A stretch of 13,193 nt of DNA, taken from positions 1 to 13,193 of the forward strand of contig JBBIPN010000037.1 of the NCBI GenBank assembly GCA_037442825.1. Direction: 5' to 3'. Under the pieces are notes generated by a model. That model did no database searches and had not been told where the DNA came from. It saw nothing but the letters and a program-made list of their open reading frames with translations. The DNA comes from Sulfurihydrogenibium sp. GTDB taxonomy: Bacteria; Aquificota; Aquificia; Aquificales; Hydrogenothermaceae. The translations under genes and the position numbers were made by a program. Shown here piece by piece: positions 1 to 10,044 of this stretch (position 1 is its first letter; each line of letters opens with the position of its first letter).

Positions 1-2
1 AA

Positions 3-530
3 AAAAGTAAATTTATCATTTCAATTGGGGCTTGTGCTGTATCTGGAGGTGTTCAGTCAAATAGAAATTTCTTAGATTTTAATAATGTTAAAAGTTATGT
101 TTACCAAGATAAAAACTTAGAGGATGTTTTAGAAAATGTTTTTCCTGTTTCCTATTTTGTAAATGTCAATTATGAGATTAGAGGATGTCCTATTAGTAAA
201 GAAAGTGTTGAAAATTTAATATCATCCGTAATTATAGGTAAACCTGTTCAGGCTATAAACTACCCTGTTTGTTTAGAATGTAAAAGGAAAGGGAATATAT
301 GTTTACTTATTTTAGATAAACCATGTTTGGGTCCTATTACTGTTGGTGGTTGCAATGCTTTATGTCCATCTTTTAATAGAGGTTGTTATGGATGTTATGG
401 TCCATTTAAAGAAGCTCCTGTTGAAATATTAAAAAATATTTTTGAAGAAAAAAATTGGAACTTAGAAGAATTTGTTAAAAATAGTTTTAATCCCATAAAT
501 AATGTATTTGTAGAGAAAATATGGAAATAA
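3..530 (+). CDS. hydD: Group 3b [NiFe]-hydrogenase (sulfhydrogenase-type) small/delta subunit, 5'-truncated by the window edge
   Basis: The frame of the 327..530 ORF is open from position 3. It reads KSKFIISIGACAVSGG...RGCP...VCLECKRKGNIC...PCLGPITVGGCNALCPSFNRGCYGCYGP, the Fe-S Cys motifs of small subunits. It overlaps the start of the large subunit. Confidence 0.93.
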   Translation, partial: KSKFIISIGACAVSGGVQSNRNFLDFNNVKSYVYQDKNLEDVLENVFPVSYFVNVNYEIRGCPISKESVENLISSVIIGKPVQAINYPVCLECKRKGNICLLILDKPCLGPITVGGCNALCPSFNRGCYGCYGPFKEAPVEILKNIFEEKNWNLEEFVKNSFNPINNVFVEKIWK

Positions 531-1804
531 AATTGAATATCTTAACAAGAGTTGAAGGAGAAGGATCTTTAAAAGTATATTTGAAAGATGGAAAAGCTAT
601 CGATATAGACCTGAACATTTTTGAACCACCAAGATTTTTTGAATCTATCTTAAAAGGTAAGGAATATAGTGTTATTCCTGACATAACAGCAAGGATATGT
701 GGAATATGTCCTGTAGCATATCAGATAAGTGGTGTCCAAGCTATTGAAAGTATATTCAAAGTAGAAATACCTAAGGAGATAGAAGACCTAAGAAGATTAA
801 TTTACTACGGAGAATGGATACAAAGCCATGTATTACACATATTTTTTCTTCATCTACCAGATTTTTTAAATCTAAACTCTTTTATTGATATAGTTAAAAC
901 TTTTCCTAATATTTCAAAAATTGCTTTAAATCTAAAGAAAGTTAGTCAGAAAATTTTAGAAATTATAGGTGGAAGACCTTCCCACCCTGTTTCAATAAAA
1001 GTAGGTGGATTTTATAAATTACCTGAAGAGTCTAAACTTAAATCTTTATTACCAGATCTGGAAGATATTTATAATCAAAGTTTAGATGCAATGAAATTTT
1101 TGGTTTCCTTAAACTTTCCAAATCATAATTTAAGTAAAGATTTTACTTTTATATCTTTAAGGGAAGAAAAATTTTATCCTTTATTGAAAGGTAAAATTGT
1201 TACTTCAGATGGTTTAGAGTTTGAAAAAGAAAAATTTTTAGATTTTATCTACGAGTATCAAAAAGAAAACTCAACAGCAAAGTTTTCTCTTAGAAAAGAC
1301 GGAAAAAAGTATATTGTAGGGCCTATCGCAAGATTTAACAACAACTATGACTATCTTACTGAAAATACAAAGAAAGTCTGTAATAAATTCAATATACATC
1401 CATATATAAATAACATGTCTCTATCAATCTTAGTTAGGATGGTTGAAGTTATAGATAGTATTGAAAGGTCTATCTTGATTATAAATAACTACAAAAAGCC
1501 AGAAAAATCGAGTGTTGAATACAAAGTAAAAGAAGGTGAAGGAACAGGTATATCTGAAGCTCCAAGAGGAATATTGTGGCATATGTACAGATTAGATGAA
1601 AAAGGGGAAATACTAAAGGCTAATATAATACCACCTACTTCCCAAAATCAAGAAGGAATGGAATATTTAGTAAAATCTCTGATAAATGAAAATATCGAGA
1701 ATATAAATATAGAAGCTGAAAAATCTATTAGAGATTTTGATCCATGTATATCATGTGCAACACACTTTTTAAAGGTAGATTTTATAAATATTAAATCTCA
1801 ATAA
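521..1804 (+). CDS. hydA: Group 3b [NiFe]-hydrogenase large/alpha subunit (HyhL/HydA)
   Basis: N-terminal TRVEGEG, EPPRFFE, L1 motif RICGICP, EAPRG, L2 motif DPCISCATH followed by a 12-aa C-terminal extension; 427 aa. Confidence 0.95.
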   Translation: MEIKLNILTRVEGEGSLKVYLKDGKAIDIDLNIFEPPRFFESILKGKEYSVIPDITARICGICPVAYQISGVQAIESIFKVEIPKEIEDLRRLIYYGEWIQSHVLHIFFLHLPDFLNLNSFIDIVKTFPNISKIALNLKKVSQKILEIIGGRPSHPVSIKVGGFYKLPEESKLKSLLPDLEDIYNQSLDAMKFLVSLNFPNHNLSKDFTFISLREEKFYPLLKGKIVTSDGLEFEKEKFLDFIYEYQKENSTAKFSLRKDGKKYIVGPIARFNNNYDYLTENTKKVCNKFNIHPYINNMSLSILVRMVEVIDSIERSILIINNYKKPEKSSVEYKVKEGEGTGISEAPRGILWHMYRLDEKGEILKANIIPPTSQNQEGMEYLVKSLINENIENINIEAEKSIRDFDPCISCATHFLKVDFINIKSQ

Positions 1805-2225
1805 TCGGTAAGAGTTTGTCATTCATTATTTTAACCATATGGTCAAAAAGCTCTCTTGCTGTTTTACCATCTTCTGGATAAGAAGCTACACCTTCAACAA
1901 ACTCAATTCCAGTAACTTTTTTTAACCTTTCTATTAAATGATATATCTGCTTTTTATCTGTCTCAGGTAAAAATATAAACACAAAATCTTCATCAACTGG
2001 AGATATTACATCTACACTTCTTAAACTTTCTCTGAGCTTAAATATTATATTTATATCTTTTGGACTTTTTTCTACTAGAATATTTGCTATTGATGGAAAG
2101 TATAAAAATGCTATTGAGAAGTGATGAGATTTCTTATATCTTTTTATTCTCTCAATCTCAATTTCAACTAATGCTTTAAAAACTTCAAAATCATAAACTG
2201 CTAAGTTCTTATCATCATTCATCAT
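1791..2225 (-). CDS. Stand-alone degenerate GGDEF-domain protein with intact RxxD I-site
   Basis: EIERIKRY...FSIAFL...LRSVDVISPVDEDFVFIFLPET...GVASYPEDGKTARELF follows the GGDEF fold pattern, with DEDFV in place of GGDEF. AGGAGG RBS favours ATG at 2225 over TTG at 2228. Confidence 0.8.
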   Translation of the reverse strand: MMNDDKNLAVYDFEVFKALVEIEIERIKRYKKSHHFSIAFLYFPSIANILVEKSPKDINIIFKLRESLRSVDVISPVDEDFVFIFLPETDKKQIYHLIERLKKVTGIEFVEGVASYPEDGKTARELFDHMVKIMNDKLLPIIEI

Positions 2226-2240
2226 CAAAAGCCTCCTTTT

Positions 2241-3347
2241 TTATCCTATAAACTCCCCAACACTTTCCCATAAAAATTCTTCATTCTCTACACCAAAGTG
2301 GCCTTCTATAGTTATATTTTTATATATTGGCCTTCTTAATTTTAATAACTCTATTATATCATTAACTGATGTTTTGTAAAGACTTTTTATAAATTTTTCA
2401 TCATTACAACCTTCTATATTTACAAGTATAGGATATTCTGCTCCTATTGTAAATACCATCTCAACTTTACATCTTTCTGCTAACCCTTTTGCTACAATAT
2501 TTTTTGCTATATATCTTGCAAAGTAAGAAGCGGACCTATCTACTTTTGTTGGATCTTTTCCGGAAAATGAGCTTCCTCCATTTGGACAAGCTGTACCATA
2601 TGCATCAGCAGATATCTTTCTGCCTGTTAACCCTGTATCTGCCATAGGACCACCTATGATAAACCTTCCTAATGGATTTATTACTATATTTGTTTTTTCG
2701 TCTATTAAATGATAATATTTAGACTTTTTTATAACTTCTTCCATTATAGCTTCTTTTATATCTTTATCTGTTACATAAGGTTCATGTTGAACCATTACAG
2801 CTATTGTATTTATTCTTATAGGTTTGTTATTTTCGTAATCGACAGAAACAATAGCTTTCCCATCTGGTCTTAAGAAATCTATCTTTCTTTCTTTTCTTAC
2901 AATGTTTAGTTTTTTAGTAATATCGTTGGCTATATTTGATGCTATCGGCATATAATTTTCAGTTTCATTGGTAGCATAACCTACAACAATACAACTATCT
3001 CCAGCTTTATCTGAAGGTAATCCGAGTGACAACTCTGGACTTTGGTCATTAATGGTAGTTATAACACCTGCTGTATATCCATCAAACCCATACTCTGGTT
3101 TTGTATATCCTATTTCTATAAGTGTATTTCTAACTATTGTTGGTATATCAGCGTAAGCATCTGTAGAAAGTTCACCAGCAACATGAACAAGACCCATTGT
3201 AACTAATACTTCAATAGAAGCTTTTGTATATGGGTCTTTTGATATTAGGTCATCTAATATTGCATCTGCAATAATATCTGCAATTTTATCTGGATGTCCT
3301 AAACATACACTTTCAGCACTTTGTATAGATTTATATACATTCATCAC
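2241..3347 (-). CDS. metK: S-adenosylmethionine synthetase (divergent)
   Basis: [39 protein letters not shown] and [12 protein letters not shown] motifs. The start overlaps the end of ilvD, with an AAAGGAG RBS inside ilvD. Confidence 0.95.
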   Translation of the reverse strand: MMNVYKSIQSAESVCLGHPDKIADIIADAILDDLISKDPYTKASIEVLVTMGLVHVAGELSTDAYADIPTIVRNTLIEIGYTKPEYGFDGYTAGVITTINDQSPELSLGLPSDKAGDSCIVVGYATNETENYMPIASNIANDITKKLNIVRKERKIDFLRPDGKAIVSVDYENNKPIRINTIAVMVQHEPYVTDKDIKEAIMEEVIKKSKYYHLIDEKTNIVINPLGRFIIGGPMADTGLTGRKISADAYGTACPNGGSSFSGKDPTKVDRSASYFARYIAKNIVAKGLAERCKVEMVFTIGAEYPILVNIEGCNDEKFIKSLYKTSVNDIIELLKLRRPIYKNITIEGHFGVENEEFLWESVGEFIG

Positions 3348-5004
3348 TTAAAATAGCTCCTTTGTTTGCAGATGTGACAAATTTTGAATATCTTCTTAAC
3401 CATGGACTCGGAATATCTTTTTTCTTAGGTTTAAACTCTTTCACCCTTCTGTCAAACTCTTCTTGAGATATTAAAAGTTCTATTTTTCTATTTGGAATGT
3501 CTATCAATATCTCATCACCATCTTGAACTATTCCTATAGGACCACCTGCAGCAGCTTCTGGAGAAACATGCCCTACACAGGCTCCCCTTGTTGCTCCTGA
3601 AAATCTTCCATCTGTTATTAAAGAAACTTTATCTCCAAGTCCCATACCCATTAATGTAGATGTTGGTGCTAACATCTCCCTCATTCCAGGTCCACCTTTT
3701 GGACCTTCATATCTAATAATAACAACATTTCCTTCTTTTACTTTTCCATTTGTTATACCGTCAATAGCTTCCTCTTCACTATCAAATACAACTGCTTTTC
3801 CTTTATGAACCATTATTTTTGGATCAACAGCTGCAGCTTTTACAACTGCACCAAGTGGGGCTAAATTGCCAAATAGGACAGCTAAACCACCTGTTTCACT
3901 ATATGGATTATTTACTGTTCTTATAACGTTTGTATCTTTAACTTCTGCATCTTTTATAACTTCTCCAATGGTTTTCAATTCAACTGTAGGTCTATCTAAA
4001 TGTAGTAAACCTTTTTTAGAAAGTTCTTTAAGGATTGCATAAATTCCACCAGCTTTATCAAGGTCTTCCATATGGTAAGGAGATGCAGGTGCCAATTTAC
4101 AAAGTGTTGGTGTTTTTCTTGATATTTCATCTATTTTTTCCATTGGAAAATCTATACCAGTTTCATTGGCTATTGCTAATAAATGTAATACTGTATTTGA
4201 AGAACCACCCATAGCTATATCTAATGTAAAAGCATTTTCAATAGTTTGGAAATTAACGATATCTCTAAATTTTAAATTTGCTTTAACAAGTTCTACTATC
4301 TGTCTACCAGCTTTTTTTGCAAGTTCTTTTCTTCTTGGATCTATTGCTAATATTGAACCGTTTCCCGGTAATGCAATACCTAAAACTTCTGCTAAACAGT
4401 TCATTGAGTTTGCAGTAAACATACCAGAGCAAGAACCACAAGTAGGACATGCATGTGTTTCTATATCTAAAAGTTGATCTTGAGATAGTAAACCTTTTTT
4501 TATACTACCAACTGCCTCAAATACAGTAGCAAGATCTATAGGTTTACCATCTTTTGTATGACCTGCAGCCATAGGACCACCACTAATAAGAATAGTAGGA
4601 ATGTTAACCCTTGCTGCAGCCATAATCATACCTGGAACAATCTTATCACAGTTTGGTATTAAAACAAGACCATCTAATTTATGAGCCTGGACAACTGTCT
4701 CAACACTATCAGCTATAAGCTCCCTACTTGGTAGAGAGTAAAACATTCCAGAATGACCCATTGCGATACCATCATCAACACCAATAACATTAAATTCGAA
4801 AGGTACACCACCAGCTTCCCTTATTGCTTCTTTAACAACCTTTGCAAACTCCTGAAGATGGACATGACCAGGTATTATATCTATATAAGAGTTTGCTACA
4901 CCTATAAAAGGTTTACCAAAATCCTCCTCTTTAAGACCACATGCCCTAAGTAAACTCCTATGTGGTGCCCTTTCTATTCCTGTCTTTATTTCGTCACTTC
5001 TCAT
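3331..5004 (-). CDS. ilvD: Dihydroxy-acid dehydratase
   Basis: [71 protein letters not shown] and TDGRFSG motifs. Confidence 0.98.
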   Translation of the reverse strand: MRSDEIKTGIERAPHRSLLRACGLKEEDFGKPFIGVANSYIDIIPGHVHLQEFAKVVKEAIREAGGVPFEFNVIGVDDGIAMGHSGMFYSLPSRELIADSVETVVQAHKLDGLVLIPNCDKIVPGMIMAAARVNIPTILISGGPMAAGHTKDGKPIDLATVFEAVGSIKKGLLSQDQLLDIETHACPTCGSCSGMFTANSMNCLAEVLGIALPGNGSILAIDPRRKELAKKAGRQIVELVKANLKFRDIVNFQTIENAFTLDIAMGGSSNTVLHLLAIANETGIDFPMEKIDEISRKTPTLCKLAPASPYHMEDLDKAGGIYAILKELSKKGLLHLDRPTVELKTIGEVIKDAEVKDTNVIRTVNNPYSETGGLAVLFGNLAPLGAVVKAAAVDPKIMVHKGKAVVFDSEEEAIDGITNGKVKEGNVVIIRYEGPKGGPGMREMLAPTSTLMGMGLGDKVSLITDGRFSGATRGACVGHVSPEAAAGGPIGIVQDGDEILIDIPNRKIELLISQEEFDRRVKEFKPKKKDIPSPWLRRYSKFVTSANKGAILSDECI

Positions 5005-5016
5005 AGTATACTCCTA

Positions 5017-5241
5017 TTAGCTGTTCTTAGATAAAAACTCCTTAATTTTTAATTCCATCGTATCTTTTAAATAAAGTTTCCTTCTTTTTAATCTTTCTTC
5101 TTCTACTTCGATTTCCGGATCAGGTGGGTTGTGTTTTTCAAGTTTCATTATTTTCCATTTTAACTCTTTATGTTCTTCATACATGTGTTTAAATTCTGAG
5201 TCAGTTTCCAACAATTTTTGAATAGCTTCTTCTCTTGTCAT
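5017..5241 (-). CDS. YdcH/DUF465 family small coiled-coil protein
   Basis: 74 aa with FKHMYEEHKEL...LKRRKLYLKD, the DUF465 pattern; AGGAGG RBS upstream. Confidence 0.85.
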   Translation of the reverse strand: MTREEAIQKLLETDSEFKHMYEEHKELKWKIMKLEKHNPPDPEIEVEEERLKRRKLYLKDTMELKIKEFLSKNS

Positions 5242-5267
5242 ATTTATTCCTCCTGAATATTTTTATT

Positions 5268-6545
<1,278 letters not shown>

Positions 6546-6554
6546 TTAAGCAAT

Positions 6555-6563
6555 ATTATACCA
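6555..6563 (-). promoter_or_regulatory. Extended -10 promoter (TGGTATAAT) upstream of ahcY
   Basis: Perfect TGnTATAAT on the minus strand in the short thiL-ahcY gap, ~30 nt before the ahcY ATG. Confidence 0.6.
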
Positions 6564-6564
6564 T

Positions 6565-7491
6565 TTATTTAAAGTGATTAAATCCTCTTTCTTTTATAGG
6601 CTCTGAATCTAAATATAATCCAAATCCTTCTTCTGTATAGCCAATTTTAAAAAGTGGCAACTCCTTATCTGATATCAAAACAATCTGATACTCCTCACCA
6701 CTTGTTAAAATATAATCTAAAGGATTTTTATTATACTTTAAGCAAAACTTTTTTAAGTTTTCATCTATTGGAAGCTTTTCTTTTTCTAAAACAATTTTTA
6801 CATTGCTTTGCTTTGATACATGATATAAATCTGAAGAAAGTCCATCACTAATATCAATACATGCATAAGATTGTTTGATTATATCAACTAAATCTACTCT
6901 TGCTATTGGTTTTGTATGTTTTTTTATCAGCTCTTTTTCAAAGTCTTCGTACTCTACTTTATCCATAAGTAAAAGTTCTAAACCAGCTTTTGAACATCCC
7001 AAAGGACCTGAAAGATAAACATACTGGTTTTGTTTTGATCCACTTCTTGATATAAAAACATCACTTTCACCAATTAAAGCCATATCAATTAATATTTCTT
7101 TGGAAGAAGAACAATTTCCTCCTATTGTATAAAATCCATAGTATTCTTGAGCTTCTTTTATACCAAAATATATTTTTTCAATAAAATCAATATCTGTATC
7201 CTTTGGCAATCCTAGGGAAATTAAAGCCCATTTTGGTTTTCCACCACAAGCTACAACATCACTAACATTTGAAGTAGAAAGTTTCCAACCTAAATCAATA
7301 GGATCTACTTTTTCTTTTATAAAATGAACATTCTCAACCTGTATATCTATTGTTAGTAATAAAAGATTATTCCCAACTTTTACACAAGCACAATCATCTC
7401 CATACCCAACAATCACATTCTCGTCTTTTATAGGCAAAAACTTTGTTAATCTATCTATTAAACCAAACTCTCCAATATCTTTTACATTCAT
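6565..7491 (-). CDS. thiL: Thiamine-monophosphate kinase
   Basis: GEFGLIDRL, GDDCA, NVSDVVACGG, DISDGL and SGEEY motifs. Confidence 0.96.
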   Translation of the reverse strand: MNVKDIGEFGLIDRLTKFLPIKDENVIVGYGDDCACVKVGNNLLLLTIDIQVENVHFIKEKVDPIDLGWKLSTSNVSDVVACGGKPKWALISLGLPKDTDIDFIEKIYFGIKEAQEYYGFYTIGGNCSSSKEILIDMALIGESDVFISRSGSKQNQYVYLSGPLGCSKAGLELLLMDKVEYEDFEKELIKKHTKPIARVDLVDIIKQSYACIDISDGLSSDLYHVSKQSNVKIVLEKEKLPIDENLKKFCLKYNKNPLDYILTSGEEYQIVLISDKELPLFKIGYTEEGFGLYLDSEPIKERGFNHFK

Positions 7492-7504
7492 TTAATTCCC
7501 CTAT

Positions 7505-9055
7505 CTAGTTAGATAATAAAACAGATGTTGGATTTTCAAATAAATCTTTTTTCTTAATGATTATTTTTAAATCTTTTATATTTTTTAACTCTTTTATATA
7601 CTCATCTCTTGTTACTATATAAACTTTACCATTTTTTAGAAAATTTTCCACTTCTTCAGGACTATTTAAAGGAACTATTCTTTTTTGTAAATAAAAAGAA
7701 AACGCAGGATTGTATCTTTTGTAATAACCAACAGTTTTAGTCTTATCTATATAAGGTAAAATTACTTTAACAGAAGAATGTTTATCAATCTCCGGAAGTA
7801 TTATAAAGTATAAAGCTAAACTTATTATTGTTGAGGAAAAAAACAAAGATAAAACAAGCTTTTTAAAATCTTTATAAAATATCAAAGCAATTACAGACCC
7901 TACAGTTAAAATAAATAAATAAAAACTATAATTACTTAATAAATAAATGTTTTTATCGTTTAAAACAATTAGATATAAAGCAAAAGGTAATATAGATGTT
8001 AAAAACGCGTAAAATATCAACGGAATTTTATAATTTTTCATCTTTTGCAATGTTAATGCTAAAAGTATTGATAAAGCTGGATAAACAGGAACTGTATAGT
8101 TAGGTAGTTTTGTTTTAGATATACTAAAGAATGTTGTATAAATCAGTACAATAAGAGTTAAATATAAGTAGTCTGGATTTATTTTATTTTTTATAAATTC
8201 TTTAATAGTATTTGGTACAAAAATACTAAAAGGAAGCATACCAATAAAAACAAACAAGAATGTTAATACAAAAATACCTCCATGACCTTCCATTGAATCT
8301 GTAAATCTTGAGATGTTATGTTTTAATAAAAACTCTTTTAACCACAACCCATCTGTTTCAATTGCTACAGCTACATACCAAGGTAAAGATATTAAAAGTG
8401 TTAAAAATAAACCTACAGGAAGTTTTAAATCTGGAATATCTTTTTTAAAATAGAATTTTAAGATAAATAAAAACACTAAAATTATTCCAAAAGGTAGAAC
8501 AAAAGCAACAATACCTTTAGAAAGTATACCTAAACCTAAACTTATATAAAACAACCAAATAAATTGTTTATCTGCAAATTTGTAGTATAAATAAAAGGTA
8601 ATAAAAGATAAATTTATGAAAAATATCAAATATGGGTCAGGAACTGCCATATGAAATTGGAAAACAAAATGTAAAGAAGATAAAAGTATCAAGGCAGATA
8701 AAATTGCTGTATTTAAGTTAAAAACTTTTTTAGAAAAGTAAAAAGTAATCATTAAAGTAAGACTTCCAAAAATAGAAGAAAAAAATCTTGCAGAAAATTC
8801 ATTAACACCAAAAAGTTTATAAGCTAAAATCATGAAATAATAATGTAATGGTGGTTTATCTGTTCTAAGTTCGTAGTTAAATGTAGGTACAATAAAATTA
8901 CCAGACTCTAACATTTCTCTTGCACAGCTTGCATTTTTTGCTTCATCTAAGCTAAATATAGAAATTCCCCATATATTTAAACTAAAAAGAAAAAAAGAAA
9001 AGATAAATAGATATATATAAAGAAATTTTTCTTTAAAATTAAAACCTTGAATCAA
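7505..9055 (-). CDS. ArnT-like GT-C membrane glycosyltransferase (PMT_2/GT83-like)
   Basis: Multi-TM protein with SLDEAKN...AREM...DKPPL, FSARF, SKG, LPWY and SKTKLPNY motifs typical of the ArnT family. Confidence 0.9.
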   Translation of the reverse strand: MIQGFNFKEKFLYIYLFIFSFFLFSLNIWGISIFSLDEAKNASCAREMLESGNFIVPTFNYELRTDKPPLHYYFMILAYKLFGVNEFSARFFSSIFGSLTLMITFYFSKKVFNLNTAILSALILLSSLHFVFQFHMAVPDPYLIFFINLSFITFYLYYKFADKQFIWLFYISLGLGILSKGIVAFVLPFGIILVFLFILKFYFKKDIPDLKLPVGLFLTLLISLPWYVAVAIETDGLWLKEFLLKHNISRFTDSMEGHGGIFVLTFLFVFIGMLPFSIFVPNTIKEFIKNKINPDYLYLTLIVLIYTTFFSISKTKLPNYTVPVYPALSILLALTLQKMKNYKIPLIFYAFLTSILPFALYLIVLNDKNIYLLSNYSFYLFILTVGSVIALIFYKDFKKLVLSLFFSSTIISLALYFIILPEIDKHSSVKVILPYIDKTKTVGYYKRYNPAFSFYLQKRIVPLNSPEEVENFLKNGKVYIVTRDEYIKELKNIKDLKIIIKKKDLFENPTSVLLSN

Positions 9056-9058
9056 ATT

Positions 9059-9133
9059 TTATAACCTACCTTTCAACTTTTCTAACAAATATTCCACTCT
9101 TTTTATATCTAACCTTACTCCTTCAAATATCAA
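9059..9133 (-). CDS. Candidate 24-aa small ORF directly upstream of arnT (MIFEGVRLDIKRVEYLLEKLKGRL)
   Basis: AGGAG (9146-9142), 8 nt, TTG start; its TAA lies 3 nt before the arnT TTG. Confidence 0.35.
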   Translation of the reverse strand: MIFEGVRLDIKRVEYLLEKLKGRL

Positions 9134-9168
9134 TAATTAAACTCCTATATTTTTAAAATCTATATTCT

Positions 9169-9197
9169 ATTATATTTTATTCTACAGTAGATAGGAA
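9169..9197 (-). promoter_or_regulatory. Putative sigma70 promoter for the arnT-thiL operon
   Basis: TATAAT at 9174-9169 with a weak -35 (TTCCTA) 17 bp upstream. Confidence 0.4.
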
Positions 9198-9273
9198 ATA
9201 TACTTTTAAACTTACAAAAGGAATTATCAGTAAACAAATAGAAAAACAAAATCGTTTCATATTTCAACGGAGG

Positions 9274-9636
9274 ATGAAAGTTTTATGAGAATTACTATTC
9301 ATTACTCTATTGTTTATAAAAATCGGACAGTTTATTACTGCTATTGCAAGCTTAATCTTTATCTCGCTTATCAAAATGATGCTAAGTCTAAATAATAGGT
9401 CATACGAGATAGAAAAGCAGTTTACTAAGTTAGAGAATGAAGTAGCTCATTTAGTTAAGCTAAATAGTAAAATAACTCATTTAATCGAAGATATACAAGA
9501 TATTAAACATACTGTAAAAACAATACCAGGTTTAAATAGTAAAGTGTATGAGATAGAAAAGCAATTTACTAAATTAGAGAATGAAATAACTCATTTAACT
9601 AAAGATATGCAAAAGGTTTGCTCCTTCTTTGATTGA
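9274..9636 (+). pseudogene. Membrane-anchored coiled-coil repeat protein, damaged at the 5' end and truncated at ~9612
   Basis: The frame reads MKVL*ELLFITLLFIKIGQFITAIASLIFISLIKMML (in-frame TGA at 9286-9288, or a 1-nt frameshift after ATG 9285), then heptad repeats. The last ~7 codons come from the antisense helicase fragment. Confidence 0.55.
9388..9597 (+). repeat. Intragenic direct repeat, two 66-bp copies (9388-9453 and 9532-9597), period 144 bp
   Basis: 54/66 identical by manual alignment; encodes LNNRSYEIEKQFTKLENEVAHL and LNSKVYEIEKQFTKLENEITHL. Confidence 0.9.
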
Positions 9637-9852
9637 GTAGGTTGCTATAACTGGTTTATCTGCCTTAATTATTGCATTGTATAGGTCCTTTTTGTCATAG
9701 CCTGTTATGTAGTAAGCATCGTCCATGAGTTTCTCTCTCATGATTTCTATAAATTTTAATGAAGGTGTAAATATTATACTCGATTTATTCTCTTCAATAA
9801 AGTCTAAGCAGAAGTTGATTTTTTGTTTAGATGCTCTATAAAAGAATTTAAT
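9613..9852 (-). pseudogene. Fragment of an SF2 (Snf2-like/phage) helicase C-terminal RecA domain
   Basis: Open frame 9852-9595 with no start codon at its 5' end: KQKINFCLDFIEENKSSIIFTPSLKFIEIMREKLMDDAYYITG...KPVIATYSIKEGANL, matching motif IV (IIFT) and motif V (AT..KEG.NL). Motif VI is missing. Confidence 0.7.
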
Positions 9853-9873
9853 TTAGTTGTCAATACCTAAATT
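9835..9873 (-). promoter_or_regulatory. TTGACA-N17-TATAGA promoter remnant with an operator-like inverted repeat over the -35
   Basis: TTGACA at 9863-9858, TATAGA at 9840-9835; inverted repeat AATTTAG (9850-9856)-N10-CTAAATT (9867-9873). Confidence 0.45.
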
Positions 9874-9927
9874 GATATTTAATGCCTTTCTAATTGGCTT
9901 TTATCAATGGTAAAAATTGGTATATGT

Positions 9928-10044
9928 TTATTGCTTTAAGCTATGGTAAAAATAATAAAAAATTTGCTTTAATGTTAAACAGGTATCATAGATGTAACGA
10001 TAAGTAAAGTTAGGTCTAAGTATTACACTAAGCCAATTTTCCAT
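9928..10044 (-). CDS. 38-aa micro-ORF (MENWLSVILRPNFTYRYIYDTCLTLKQIFYYFYHSLKQ), possibly a frameshifted hydrophobic peptide
   Basis: GAGGTGA RBS (10057-10051), 6 nt, ATG; overlaps the upstream 20-aa ORF. Confidence 0.45.
   Translation of the reverse strand: MENWLSVILRPNFTYRYIYDTCLTLKQIFYYFYHSLKQ

Noticed and set aside
327..530. 67-aa ORF as a separate gene
   Set aside because: It is the C-terminal part of the hydrogenase small subunit; the frame is open from position 3.
487..684. 65-aa minus-strand ORF
   Set aside because: Antisense shadow of the hydrogenase genes.
4166..4953. Plus-strand ORFs 4166-4477 and 4753-4953
   Set aside because: Antisense shadows within ilvD, with no recognisable motifs.
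9286..9288. In-frame TGA as selenocysteine or recoding
   Set aside because: Non-redox hydrophobic context and no SECIS-like hairpin seen downstream; a nonsense or frameshift mutation is simpler.
9388..9979. Repeats as a CRISPR array or DGR template/variable repeat pair
   Set aside because: No regular repeat-spacer pattern, and no cas or reverse transcriptase gene in the window. The 66-bp pair is in frame within one gene, and its differences are not confined to adenines.
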